From NCBI GenBank assembly GCA_965372715.1, contig CBDVDH010000043.1:1-34281 (forward strand): a stretch of DNA of 34,281 nucleotides, read 5' to 3'. The notes under the pieces were generated by a model that saw nothing but the letters and a program-made list of their open reading frames with translations, had not been told where the DNA came from and ran no database searches. Below are positions 9,058 through 18,108 of the stretch, in pieces; positions within the stretch are counted from its first letter, which is position 1; each line of letters begins with the position of its first letter. The position numbers and the translations under genes are program-made. The DNA comes from an uncultured bacterium. Its GTDB lineage: Bacteria > B130-G9.

Positions 9058-10599
9058 TTGGCTAGGCTGTTTGAATATCAGGGCAAGGCGATCATCTCCG
9101 ACGCCGGTATTGCTGTCCCGAACGGAGAAGTGGTGGAGACGCCCGAGCAGGCAGTTGAGGCGGCGAGGCGCGTGGGTCTGCCCGTCGTTCTCAAAGCGCA
9201 AGTCTGGGCAACCGGTCGCGCATCGGCCGGCGGAATAGATTTCGCGACCACGCTTGACTCAGTCGGCGAGAAGGCGGCCAGAATGCTCGGGCACTCGGTC
9301 AAAGGCCAGAAAGTGGCAAAGCTGCTTGTCGAGCAGAAGCTATCCATCGTGAAGGAGTTTTTTCTGGGTATAACGATCGACGACCACGAGAAACGTCCCG
9401 TCCTGATACTTAGCACTCGCGGCGGGACCGGTGTGGAGGTGACGGCTGCCAGGCGGCCTGAGACGGTCGCACGGATTCACCTCGACGCGAGACGGGATAT
9501 CTACGAGTTTGAGGCGCGGGATTTGGTCCGCGGATTGGGTATTCGGGGCACGGAGCAGAAGAGGCTGATACCTGTCGTCACAGCGCTTTGGGCCGCTGCC
9601 AGGAGGTGTGAGGCGCGGAGCGCGGAGATCAACCCGCTTGTGCTGACTGATGACGGCGATTTCGTGGCGGCCGATTGCAGGATAGCGATCGACGATTACG
9701 CGGTCTTTCGACATAAAGAGCTCGGCATCGAGATAGCCCGTGAGTTTGACCGCCCAGCGACCGAACTGGAGCGAATCGCGTATCGAGTCGAGGCGGGCGA
9801 CTATCGCGGCACGTTTTATTTCTTCCAGATGCTTCAGGATTTCGAGAAGGGCGAGGGCGTCATTGGCTTCCACGGGGCGGGCGGCGGCGGCTCTATGATG
9901 TCGATGGACGCAGTGCTGAAGAAGGGCTACAAGCTCGCCAACTTCTGCGATACAAGCGGCAATCCACCCGCCTCGAAGGTCTATCGCGCCGCGAGGATCA
10001 TTCTCGCGCAGAAGAACATCGACGGCTACTTCGCGTCCGGTTCGGGCGTCGCTAGTCAGGAGCAGTTCCAGTCGGCGCGTGGCCTCGTCAAGGCGTTCGC
10101 GGAGGAGGGGCTTTGCGTTCCGGCGGTGATTCGGCTTGGTGGCAACGCCGAGGAAGTCGCGATTGAGCTTCTCGAGCGTTTCTCAGACTATTGGCCGGGG
10201 CCGCTCGAGGCGTATGGTCGGGACGACACACCCGAGTTCTGCGCCGACAGGCTGTCGGTCATCATGTTGCTTCCGGCGAGGCAAAAAGAGGTCAAGCGCT
10301 TCGATTTCCCGAGCGAGTTTTCGTATTCGTTCAAGACGCTGACTGGGTGGGTTCGCTTCGACCACGCGCGGTGTCTGGATTGCAGGGATAAGCCATGTAT
10401 CGACGCCTGTATCCGGCACATTCTCGAGGTCTCGGATGGGGTCCCGAAGCTCTCTATAGCGGAAGAGGCGGCGGCAAAGGGGCGCTGCGTGGAGTGCCTC
10501 GCCTGTGAGCTCGAATGCCACTCGCGTGGGGGCGCGGGCATCAAAATCGAGCTGCCGATTCAGAGACTGGATCAATACACCGGGCAAGATGATGAGTGA
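9058..10599 (+). CDS. succinyl-CoA/citryl-CoA synthetase beta-like ATP-grasp subunit with C-terminal 2x[4Fe-4S] ferredoxin domain
   Basis: LFEYQGK, VVLKAQV..GR..AGG, EINPL and IRLGG motifs. C-terminal CLDCRDKPCIDAC and CVECLACELEC. TTG start. Confidence 0.85.
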   Translation: MARLFEYQGKAIISDAGIAVPNGEVVETPEQAVEAARRVGLPVVLKAQVWATGRASAGGIDFATTLDSVGEKAARMLGHSVKGQKVAKLLVEQKLSIVKEFFLGITIDDHEKRPVLILSTRGGTGVEVTAARRPETVARIHLDARRDIYEFEARDLVRGLGIRGTEQKRLIPVVTALWAAARRCEARSAEINPLVLTDDGDFVAADCRIAIDDYAVFRHKELGIEIAREFDRPATELERIAYRVEAGDYRGTFYFFQMLQDFEKGEGVIGFHGAGGGGSMMSMDAVLKKGYKLANFCDTSGNPPASKVYRAARIILAQKNIDGYFASGSGVASQEQFQSARGLVKAFAEEGLCVPAVIRLGGNAEEVAIELLERFSDYWPGPLEAYGRDDTPEFCADRLSVIMLLPARQKEVKRFDFPSEFSYSFKTLTGWVRFDHARCLDCRDKPCIDACIRHILEVSDGVPKLSIAEEAAAKGRCVECLACELECHSRGGAGIKIELPIQRLDQYTGQDDE

Positions 10600-10638
10600 G
10601 TCCTCGGCCGCGAATCTGTTGAACAGAGGTCTATTGCT

Positions 10639-11541
10639 GTGTCGATACTGATTGACGAGACGAAGCGAGTTTTGGTTCAGGGGATCACGGGCCGGGAGGG
10701 CATGGTCCGCACCAAGTTGATGCTCGATTACGGGACTCGGGTCGTCGCCGGGACATCGCCCGGCAAGTCCGGCGAGACGCTCCATGGTCTGCCAGTCTAT
10801 GATACCGTTGCCGAGGCGGTTGAGCGGGAAGGCTCATTCGACGTAAGCGTGGTCTTCGTGCCCGGGCCATTTGTGAAGGGCGCGGCGCTCGAGGCGATAT
10901 ATGGCGGCATCCCGCTCTGTGTGCTTGTTCCGGACCGCGTCCCGATTCATGACGTGTGTTTTGTTTCCGAGGTCGCCAAGGAGCACGGGGCGAGATTCGT
11001 TGGGCCGAACACGCTTGGGCTCATGAGCCCCGGGCGGGCCTTAGTGGGGATGATCGGTGGGCGGTCTGAGTTCGTTCGGGAGAACTTCAAGCGCGGCCCC
11101 GTGGGGGTCGTGTCCCGAAGCGGCGGCATCACAACCTCGATAGCGTACTATCTGAATAAGATTGGGATTGGCCAGACGACCGTCATGCACGTGGGTGGGG
11201 ACCCAATAGTGGGCATTGACCTCGCCCAGGCTGTGGAACTTTTTGAGGAGGACGACGAGACCCGCGCGGTGGTCATGTTCGGGGAGATAGGCTCCACCCA
11301 GGAGGAGCATGTCGCCTCGCTGGTCTCGTCGGGTAGCCTCACCAAGCCGTTGATTGGGTTCATCGGGGGCGCGGCGGCACGGCATGGGATGCGGTTCTCG
11401 CACGCGGGCGCTATCATCGAGGGTGAGCGCGGCACCCACGCAGGTAAGGTCAAGGCGCTTCGGCACGCGGGCTGCACCGTAGTTGAGAGCTTCAGTGATA
11501 TACCGCACATCACGCGCGAGGTGCTGGAGGCTAACAAGTAG
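10639..11541 (+). CDS. succinyl-CoA/citryl-CoA synthetase alpha-like subunit (CoA-binding, phospho-His)
   Basis: VLVQGITGREG, GPNTLG, VSRSGG, VGGDP, FGEIG and the catalytic His in FSHAGA. Confidence 0.9.
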   Translation: MSILIDETKRVLVQGITGREGMVRTKLMLDYGTRVVAGTSPGKSGETLHGLPVYDTVAEAVEREGSFDVSVVFVPGPFVKGAALEAIYGGIPLCVLVPDRVPIHDVCFVSEVAKEHGARFVGPNTLGLMSPGRALVGMIGGRSEFVRENFKRGPVGVVSRSGGITTSIAYYLNKIGIGQTTVMHVGGDPIVGIDLAQAVELFEEDDETRAVVMFGEIGSTQEEHVASLVSSGSLTKPLIGFIGGAAARHGMRFSHAGAIIEGERGTHAGKVKALRHAGCTVVESFSDIPHITREVLEANK

Positions 11542-11583
11542 CATTTAAGGGAATGGGCCCGTTTCGGGCGGGAGGTCAGTCGA

Positions 11584-12363
11584 TTGAGCGAGCAGACGTG
11601 GGAGACCAAGATTACCGATGTTGCGCCGAATCGGATACGGTTGAGGGGGTATCCGATAGACAACCTGATGGGCAGGGTCTCTTATTGCGAGGCGTTCTTC
11701 CTCGCGATCACGGGCGAGCTGCCCAGGCCGGAGCATGGAAGGCTGCTCGATGCAATACTGGTCTCATCTGTCGATCATGGCGTTACGCCGCCGTCGGCGA
11801 CGGCCGCGATGACGATCGCCTCGACCGGCAGCCCGTTGAATGCTGCGATCGCGGCCGGGGTGCTTGCCATCTCGAGGTTCCACGGGGGTGCCATTGAGGG
11901 GTGCATGGAGGTCCTGACCCAGGCGGTTGCGAAGACGCAAACGTGCGGGCTGAGCGTTGAGAAGGCTGCCAGAGGGGTCGTTCAGGAGAACAAGGAAGCA
12001 AGAAGGCGCATTCCCGGATTTGGGCACCGATACCACACGGATGACCCGCGTACGAGGCGGCTTTTTGAACTCGCGAAAGAAGAAGGTGTGTGGGGTCGTT
12101 ACCTCGACATGGCGGTAGCGATTGAGAAGGCTCTGTTTGAGGCCTCAGGCAAGCGCCTGCCGATCAACGTCGATGGCGCTATCGGCGCGGTGCTCTGCGA
12201 GATGGGGATTGACCCGAAGATCGCCAACGCATTCTTCATCGTCTCGCGACTTCCGGGCCTGGTCGCCCATATCCATGAGGAAATGACCACACAGAAGCCC
12301 ATGCGCCGCATCGTCCCTGCGGATGCGAGATACACCGGGCCAGGCGAGCGCCGGATTAAGTAG
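11584..12363 (+). CDS. citryl-CoA lyase (citrate-synthase-fold, ACL C-terminal-like)
   Basis: 259 aa with DHGVTPPS, FHGGAIE, IPGFGHRYHTDDPR, INVDGAIGA and RLPGLVAH. GGAGGT RBS precedes the TTG start. Confidence 0.85.
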   Translation: MSEQTWETKITDVAPNRIRLRGYPIDNLMGRVSYCEAFFLAITGELPRPEHGRLLDAILVSSVDHGVTPPSATAAMTIASTGSPLNAAIAAGVLAISRFHGGAIEGCMEVLTQAVAKTQTCGLSVEKAARGVVQENKEARRRIPGFGHRYHTDDPRTRRLFELAKEEGVWGRYLDMAVAIEKALFEASGKRLPINVDGAIGAVLCEMGIDPKIANAFFIVSRLPGLVAHIHEEMTTQKPMRRIVPADARYTGPGERRIK

Positions 12364-12390
12364 CCTGGGCCCGGCCCATCCCACCAGGGG

Positions 12391-13416
12391 CTAGTCGGTC
12401 CGGGACAAGACGTAATGCGCTAGCTGGCGCAGCGGCTCGGCAGGCTCACCGTATCCATCGAGGAATGCAAGCGCGGCCGAGATGTGGTCGCGAGCCTTTT
12501 TCGCCGCGTCGTCAATACCCAAGAGCGTTGCGACGGTCTGCCCCGGGTGGGCATACTGGAGACTGGGTCGGCCCGTGTCCGACCTCTTACGAGCGATTTT
12601 ATTGGATGCGTCAGCGATGGGGTCGCTTGAGGATTGATGCCCGCGCGTGGGGTAGTCAAGAATGTCGTCGGTGATCTGGTAGGCCAGGCCCAAATCATGG
12701 GCGTAGCTTCCAACAGCGTGTATGTCTCGCTCGCTGGCCTCTGCGAGTACGGCGGGGACCTGAGCGGAAGCGACAAAGAGCGAGCTAGTCTTGAGGTCGT
12801 TTGCGACCTCGATTGTCTTGAGGTCTGTCGAGGCGTTGGCTGAGAGCTCGGCCATCTGCCCGGCTGCCATTCCGCAAGGCCCCACTGTCCGGGCGAGGCA
12901 GGTCAAGGCACGGTTCGTGACGCTGGATGCGAGCCCCAGCGCCGCGGCGTTCTCCCCGAGATGTGCAAACCCACGGGAAAGGACCGATACGGCAGTCAAG
13001 ACGGCGGTCGCCTCGTCGAACTTACAGTGAAGCGAGGGTTTGCCGCGCCTGGTCCGGCAATCGTCCATGCAAGGCAAGTCGTCGAAGATCAAAGAGCTAG
13101 TGTGAATGCACTCGACCGCGCAGGCCGCGTCAAGAAAACCTCGCGCCTCATGCCCGAGCATCTCCGCAACCGAGAAGACGATGTAGGGCCGAAGCCTCTT
13201 GCCCCCAGAAAGCGCGTATTGGATTGCAGGGGCCAAGCGACCAGATGGCGCAAGTCCCGCCTGCGGCTGATCAGTTCTGCTGGATTGCTTAAACGCAGCG
13301 ACAGGCCCGTCGGGCACGGCTTGGGCTACGAACTCCTGACAAGTTCTTGGGGCGCTGCGTTCGAGGGCGCCGTTAACCAGCGCTTGCCATTGTGCGAGTC
13401 TGGAATCGAAGTCCAT
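12391..13416 (-). CDS. polyprenyl diphosphate synthase (IspA/CrtE-like)
   Basis: GGKRLRP, FARM DDLPCMD followed by RRGKP, KT and SARM DDILD. The start overlaps the valS stop (TGATG). Confidence 0.92.
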   Translation of the reverse strand: MDFDSRLAQWQALVNGALERSAPRTCQEFVAQAVPDGPVAAFKQSSRTDQPQAGLAPSGRLAPAIQYALSGGKRLRPYIVFSVAEMLGHEARGFLDAACAVECIHTSSLIFDDLPCMDDCRTRRGKPSLHCKFDEATAVLTAVSVLSRGFAHLGENAAALGLASSVTNRALTCLARTVGPCGMAAGQMAELSANASTDLKTIEVANDLKTSSLFVASAQVPAVLAEASERDIHAVGSYAHDLGLAYQITDDILDYPTRGHQSSSDPIADASNKIARKRSDTGRPSLQYAHPGQTVATLLGIDDAAKKARDHISAALAFLDGYGEPAEPLRQLAHYVLSRTD

Positions 13417-16127
13417 CAGTCGGACACGAATTCGAGCGCCCGCTTAAGTTTTGACTTCTGGTCCATCGATTCCTTGTGCCGCATGTTCACCAGCTCTATG
13501 ACATCTGTCGGAGCCTTGGCCATAAACTCACGGTTGCGAAGTTTCAGATCGTCGGTCTCGATGTTCTTCTCCACTTTGAAAAGCTCTCGCCTCAAACGGT
13601 CCTGCTCTTTATCAAAGTCAATGATGCCTTCCAGCGGCACGAGTATCTCGCAGTCGGTGGCGACGGCGGTCGCGCAGTGTCTCCGCTCGGGCTCATCATC
13701 GGTAACGGTCAGGTTGTCAGTCTTCGCAAGGGACATCAAGTAGTCCTTGTGCTGCTTGAGCAGCGCCAGTAGCTTGTCACTCTTGGAATAGACTACAAGC
13801 GGCGCGAGCACGGATGGCGGGACGTTCATTTCACTTCGCATCGTTCTGGCCTTCGTGATGATCTCCATTAGGACGGCCATGGAGCGCTCCGCGTCGTCAT
13901 CTATGAGGGCCCTGTCGCCCTTCGGCCAGTCCGCCACAGCGACGCTGATCGGGCTTCTCGCGCCCCTCGGGAGATGCTGCCAGACCTCCTCTGTTATGAA
14001 CGGCATGATCGGGTGGAGGATACGCAGCAGGATGTCGAGCGTCCCGCAGAGTAGCTTTTGGCAGTGCGTTCTTCGGTCGGGGTCGTTTTGTTGATACAGA
14101 TCGAGCTTCGCAAGCTCTATATACCAGTCGCAATACTCGTGCCACACAAACTGATACAGGACGTCGCAGGCCTCGTAGAACTTGTATTCATCGAGGTCTT
14201 CGGTGACGTCGCTTACGACCCGGCAGAGCCGGCTGAGTATCCACCTGTCGGCCAGTGAAAGCGGTTGTTCCTTGGACAGCGCGTTCAGGTCGGCAAGCGT
14301 TGTGAGCCCGGCCCCCTCGCCTAGGACGCTTGCGCCTTGCCCTTCGTCGTCGGACAGGTTCATCAGGATGAAGCGCGATGCGTTCCACATCTTGTTCACG
14401 AAGTTGCGGTATCCAGCGACGCGGCCCTCGGAGATTGGCAGCGATTGCCGTCCCGGAACCGATTGGATGGCGAGCGCGAACCGGACCGCGTCCGTCCCGA
14501 AATCTGCGATGAGTTTCCTGGCATCGACCACGTTGTCCTTGGACTTGGACATCTTCTGGCCCTTCTCGTCGCATATCAACCCATTGAAGTAGACGACCTT
14601 GAACGGGACCTCGTTCATGGTGTAAAGGCCCATCATGATCATCCGAGCGACCCAGAAGAAGATGATGTCGAAGGCCGTTATGAGGCAGGAGGTCGGGTAA
14701 TAGCGCCTCAGGTCAGCGGTATCCTCCGGCCAACCGAGCGTCGAGAACGGCCACAGCGCGGAACTGAACCAGGTATCCAGAACGTCCTCATCCTGAATTA
14801 CATCGCCCGAGCCGCACTTGTCGCACCTCTCTGGCTTGCTCTCTGTGACGATTGTCTCGTCGCACGACTGGCAATAATAGGCCGGTATCCGGTGCCCCCA
14901 CCATAGCTGCCGCGAGATGCACCAGTCGCGGATGTTTTCCATCCAGTCGTAGTAGAGGTTCGCCCAAGCGGGCGCTATGAATTGAACGTCCCCGTTCTTG
15001 ACGGCGGCTATGGCGGGCTCCGCCAAAGGCTTCATCCTCAGAAACCACTGCTGCGAGAGGTATGGCTCAACGATAGTCTCGCACCGCTGGCAGTGCCCTA
15101 CGGTGTGCTTGTGAGGCTCGATCTTCTCGAGCAGGCCGTTCTGCTTGAGAAACTTGACCAGTTGGCGGCGGCACTCAAACCTGTCGAGGCCCGCATACTC
15201 GCCGGCGTTCTGGTTCATCGTCCCGTCCTTGTTCATGACGGTGATGCGCGGCAGTCCATGGCGGTTGCTAGTCTCGAAATCGTTTGGATCGTGCGCCGGA
15301 GTGATCTTGACGATACCCGTCCCGAACTCTGGATCAACCTGTTCATCGACGACCACGGGCATCTCGCGGCCGATGACCGGAAGAACAATCGTTTTTCCTT
15401 TGAGATGCCCAGCCCTTTTGTGCGAGGGATGAATGGCGACTGCTGTATCGCCGAGCATCGTCTCCGGCCTCGTCGTCGCGACCACTATATGATCGACCGT
15501 GTCCTTTATCGGATACTTGATGTAGTATAGATTGCCGTCCACCGGGCGATGAACCGCCTCGAGGTCCGAAAGCGCGGTCTGGCACCTCGGACACCAGTTA
15601 ATGATGTAAAACCCCCGGTAGATGAGGCCGTCCTTAAAGAGCTTAACGAAAGCTCTAGTAACGGCCTTGCATAGGCCCTCGTCGAGCGTGAAGCGCTCCC
15701 TCGACCAGTCAAGCGCCCCGCCGAGCTTCTTCAGCTGGTCGGTGATATTCTTGTGGGACGAGTGCTTCCACTCCCAGACTCGCTCGACGAACTTCTCACG
15801 TCCAAGGTCCTTTCTGGTCAGTCCTTCTTTCGCGAGCTCCCTTTCGACAACGGTCTGCGTGGCGATACCAGCGTGGTCTGTGCCCGGCAGCCAAAGCGTG
15901 TCGTAGCCCGTGGCACGCTTGAACCGAATCACGAGGTCCTGCAGCACCATCGGGAGTAGATGCCCCGTGTGCAAGATGCCCGTCACGTTCGGCGGCGGGA
16001 TTACGATGCAGAACGGCGGCTTGCCCGAATCAGGCTGAGCCTTGAAGAGCTCATGCTCTTCCCAGAACTGATACCATTTCTCCTCGTATTGTGAGGGTTC
16101 GTATCTTTTGTCGAGCGATATTGCCAT
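13416..16127 (-). CDS. valS: valine--tRNA ligase
   Basis: PPPNVTG-LHTGH, DHAGIATQ, TTRPET, DWCISRQLWWGH, LDTWFSS, KMSKS and a C-terminal coiled coil. Start placed at ATG 16127 (MAISLDKRY). Confidence 0.99.
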   Translation of the reverse strand: MAISLDKRYEPSQYEEKWYQFWEEHELFKAQPDSGKPPFCIVIPPPNVTGILHTGHLLPMVLQDLVIRFKRATGYDTLWLPGTDHAGIATQTVVERELAKEGLTRKDLGREKFVERVWEWKHSSHKNITDQLKKLGGALDWSRERFTLDEGLCKAVTRAFVKLFKDGLIYRGFYIINWCPRCQTALSDLEAVHRPVDGNLYYIKYPIKDTVDHIVVATTRPETMLGDTAVAIHPSHKRAGHLKGKTIVLPVIGREMPVVVDEQVDPEFGTGIVKITPAHDPNDFETSNRHGLPRITVMNKDGTMNQNAGEYAGLDRFECRRQLVKFLKQNGLLEKIEPHKHTVGHCQRCETIVEPYLSQQWFLRMKPLAEPAIAAVKNGDVQFIAPAWANLYYDWMENIRDWCISRQLWWGHRIPAYYCQSCDETIVTESKPERCDKCGSGDVIQDEDVLDTWFSSALWPFSTLGWPEDTADLRRYYPTSCLITAFDIIFFWVARMIMMGLYTMNEVPFKVVYFNGLICDEKGQKMSKSKDNVVDARKLIADFGTDAVRFALAIQSVPGRQSLPISEGRVAGYRNFVNKMWNASRFILMNLSDDEGQGASVLGEGAGLTTLADLNALSKEQPLSLADRWILSRLCRVVSDVTEDLDEYKFYEACDVLYQFVWHEYCDWYIELAKLDLYQQNDPDRRTHCQKLLCGTLDILLRILHPIMPFITEEVWQHLPRGARSPISVAVADWPKGDRALIDDDAERSMAVLMEIITKARTMRSEMNVPPSVLAPLVVYSKSDKLLALLKQHKDYLMSLAKTDNLTVTDDEPERRHCATAVATDCEILVPLEGIIDFDKEQDRLRRELFKVEKNIETDDLKLRNREFMAKAPTDVIELVNMRHKESMDQKSKLKRALEFVSD

Positions 16128-16131
16128 ACTA

Positions 16132-17070
16132 CTATTGCTTCTCCCTTTCCGACTTGAACATCTCGGCAATGAGTTTCTCAGAGAGCTTCGGCAAGAGCTC
16201 TTGAACCGCACGCTTTGCCATTTGCCGCATCTTCTCGCCCAGTGAGCGCTTCAAGCTGGCCTTCAACTCGACGCTGAGGCGCTCCAAAGCCCTATCGACC
16301 AGGCCGTCGATCATCTCGTCCATGAACTCCCGATCACCTATCGTGCTCTTCCCACCGATCTCCGCTTCTTCTGTCACAGTCCTTGCCTCCAAATGTTTAT
16401 CTTCGTCTGAGGACGTTCTGATCTTGCTGATAGTTGCCTTATCGAGAAGCTCCGCTGATTCCTCGCGACCTATTCCCTCGTCCAGCGGGACCTCATCGAT
16501 CTCTTCCGGTCCCACCTCGAGGGCATCTAGACCCAACTCCACGTCGTCCGGGCCCGATACTCCCGCTTCGCCTTTGAGCTCCTTCAAGACCTCGTCAAGC
16601 GCCTCGTCAAGCTCGTCGTCCGAAATCGTTATCGACTCTGGTGCAACGCGCTGGTCTGGGGCGGCCGCAAGAGCTGCTTCCTCGGGTTCCGGAACTGTTC
16701 TGATAAGTGATTCGACCCTTTCCCTCAGCCCGTTCGCCGTAAAGGGCTTGAGCAGTTTGGCGTCAGGGCCAAAGCACGGAAGCTCCGAGCGGCTCTCACC
16801 ATCGAACGCTCCCTCCAAAAGAAGTATCTGAATCCCACCCGTGACCTCGTTCTGCTGGAGCTCGCTGCACAACGCCGCGATGTCTCGCCCATCAGAGGGA
16901 ACGTCAAGCACTATCAAGTGGGGCTGCAGCTCGGCGACGTTCTGGACGCTGCCCCGCTCAAAACTGATGTCCGCGACGTCGTAACCCTCCGAGAGACTCG
17001 CAGACACAGTGCGCGCCATGTAAGGGAAATCAGACCAAACAACTACTCTCTTGTTCACCTCAATTCGCAT
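16132..17070 (-). CDS. atypical response regulator, RomR-like (receiver, acidic linker, C-terminal helices)
   Basis: Receiver fold with LIVLDV, ILLLEGAFD and LLKPFT; Asp/Glu-rich linker; C-terminal AVQELLPKLSEKLIAEMF; lies directly upstream of valS. Confidence 0.7.
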   Translation of the reverse strand: MRIEVNKRVVVWSDFPYMARTVSASLSEGYDVADISFERGSVQNVAELQPHLIVLDVPSDGRDIAALCSELQQNEVTGGIQILLLEGAFDGESRSELPCFGPDAKLLKPFTANGLRERVESLIRTVPEPEEAALAAAPDQRVAPESITISDDELDEALDEVLKELKGEAGVSGPDDVELGLDALEVGPEEIDEVPLDEGIGREESAELLDKATISKIRTSSDEDKHLEARTVTEEAEIGGKSTIGDREFMDEMIDGLVDRALERLSVELKASLKRSLGEKMRQMAKRAVQELLPKLSEKLIAEMFKSEREKQ

Positions 17071-17830
17071 CTTTCTTGCTCTTGTCGCTCTCCTTGCTCC
17101 CCGTCAATGACGCCTCACCCGACGAGAGCCCGCCTTTGACGGGATTGCCTGCCGCATCTACGACAGCAACATCTCGCGGAACGTTCAGTTTGAACAAAGA
17201 GCTATCGAAGCTCTTGGGCATCGTGATCCCCGAAAAAAACATCCGGGTCCTGTTCCCATAGATGTCCCAGTAGGCGGTTTCCTGCACTAGGAGCGTCTTT
17301 TTGTCGATGGCAAGGTCAACTCGCATGAGGCTGCCCATCGGCTGTCTTGGAACGATCCTTATGATGTAACGATTGAGCTTCTGAGCTTCATTGTCATCGT
17401 CGATGAGCCTCGCCTTGAATCGCTCCATAATGTTGCCCTTGCCGCCCAACAGGTCAAGCAAGGCCTTTAGTTCCTCGACTTCACCAGCCTCGCTATAAAC
17501 CAGCTGTTTGTCGGACGGCACATAGAAAAGAACTCTGCCGCCAGAAATCACGAGGTGCTGCGCCTCGGGCGTCTCGTAATCCCACCTGACCTTGCCGGGC
17601 TTCTCCGCGTAATAGAAGCCGCTCGCAGTCTGCTCTTTGGCCATCGTGGCGTTGAAGGTTACCTGCCTGAACGACGCCTGCATCCGCTCAATCGAGGCGT
17701 ATCGCGCCTGCACCTTCGCAAGTATCGTCGCAACGCTTGGCTCGCCGACCTCCGCCGCGAAAGCAGCAGACAAGCCTAGCAACCACGCCAGGCACCAGAA
17801 TATGAGTGCTCGTCTCCTGACATATCGCAT
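17060..17830 (-). CDS. lolA: outer-membrane lipoprotein carrier protein
   Basis: Signal peptide ending AAFA-A; ASFRQ, SGFYYAEKPGKVRWDYETPEAQHLVISGG and DIYGNRT motifs. Confidence 0.9.
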   Translation of the reverse strand: MRYVRRRALIFWCLAWLLGLSAAFAAEVGEPSVATILAKVQARYASIERMQASFRQVTFNATMAKEQTASGFYYAEKPGKVRWDYETPEAQHLVISGGRVLFYVPSDKQLVYSEAGEVEELKALLDLLGGKGNIMERFKARLIDDDNEAQKLNRYIIRIVPRQPMGSLMRVDLAIDKKTLLVQETAYWDIYGNRTRMFFSGITMPKSFDSSLFKLNVPRDVAVVDAAGNPVKGGLSSGEASLTGSKESDKSKKDAN

Positions 17831-18108
17831 TGTTGTTCCTCTTGATTCTGAAACTCCCCTAGCCGATCAGCCAATCATTATCAATCATCATACTGCGTCA
17901 TCTTGACCTCATTCAAGCCCGGCTTGAGAGGAGTGTCCCGGTCGCCCGTTCTGGGCTGTGAGGAGCGACGCGAACCGGGCACTGCGTGGGACCGTGGGCC
18001 GCCAGCTCTTCGTGGCCTTCGTGGATCAATACGGTGTTACTTCTCCGCCACTAACAGCTTTTCCGGACTCGTTGGGTAACTCGCTCCTGGCCACGCACTA
18101 GAGACAGA

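Noticed and set aside
9058-11541. Plain sucC/sucD annotation
   Set aside because: SucC signatures (NGAGLAM, NFLDVGG, GGIVRCD) are replaced, a ferredoxin is fused and a citryl-CoA-lyase-like gene follows, so symbols were withheld.
11584-12363. Citrate synthase gltA
   Set aside because: At 259 aa with NVDG and DHGxxPPS it fits the citryl-CoA lyase/ACL C-terminal type, not a ~370-430-aa citrate synthase.
16128-16211. ORF-track N-terminal extension of valS (and similarly 27561-27662 for tyrS, 3916-3987 for the HD gene)
   Set aside because: The extensions overlap upstream genes or precede the RBS and lack homology-like sequence; downstream ATGs fit better.
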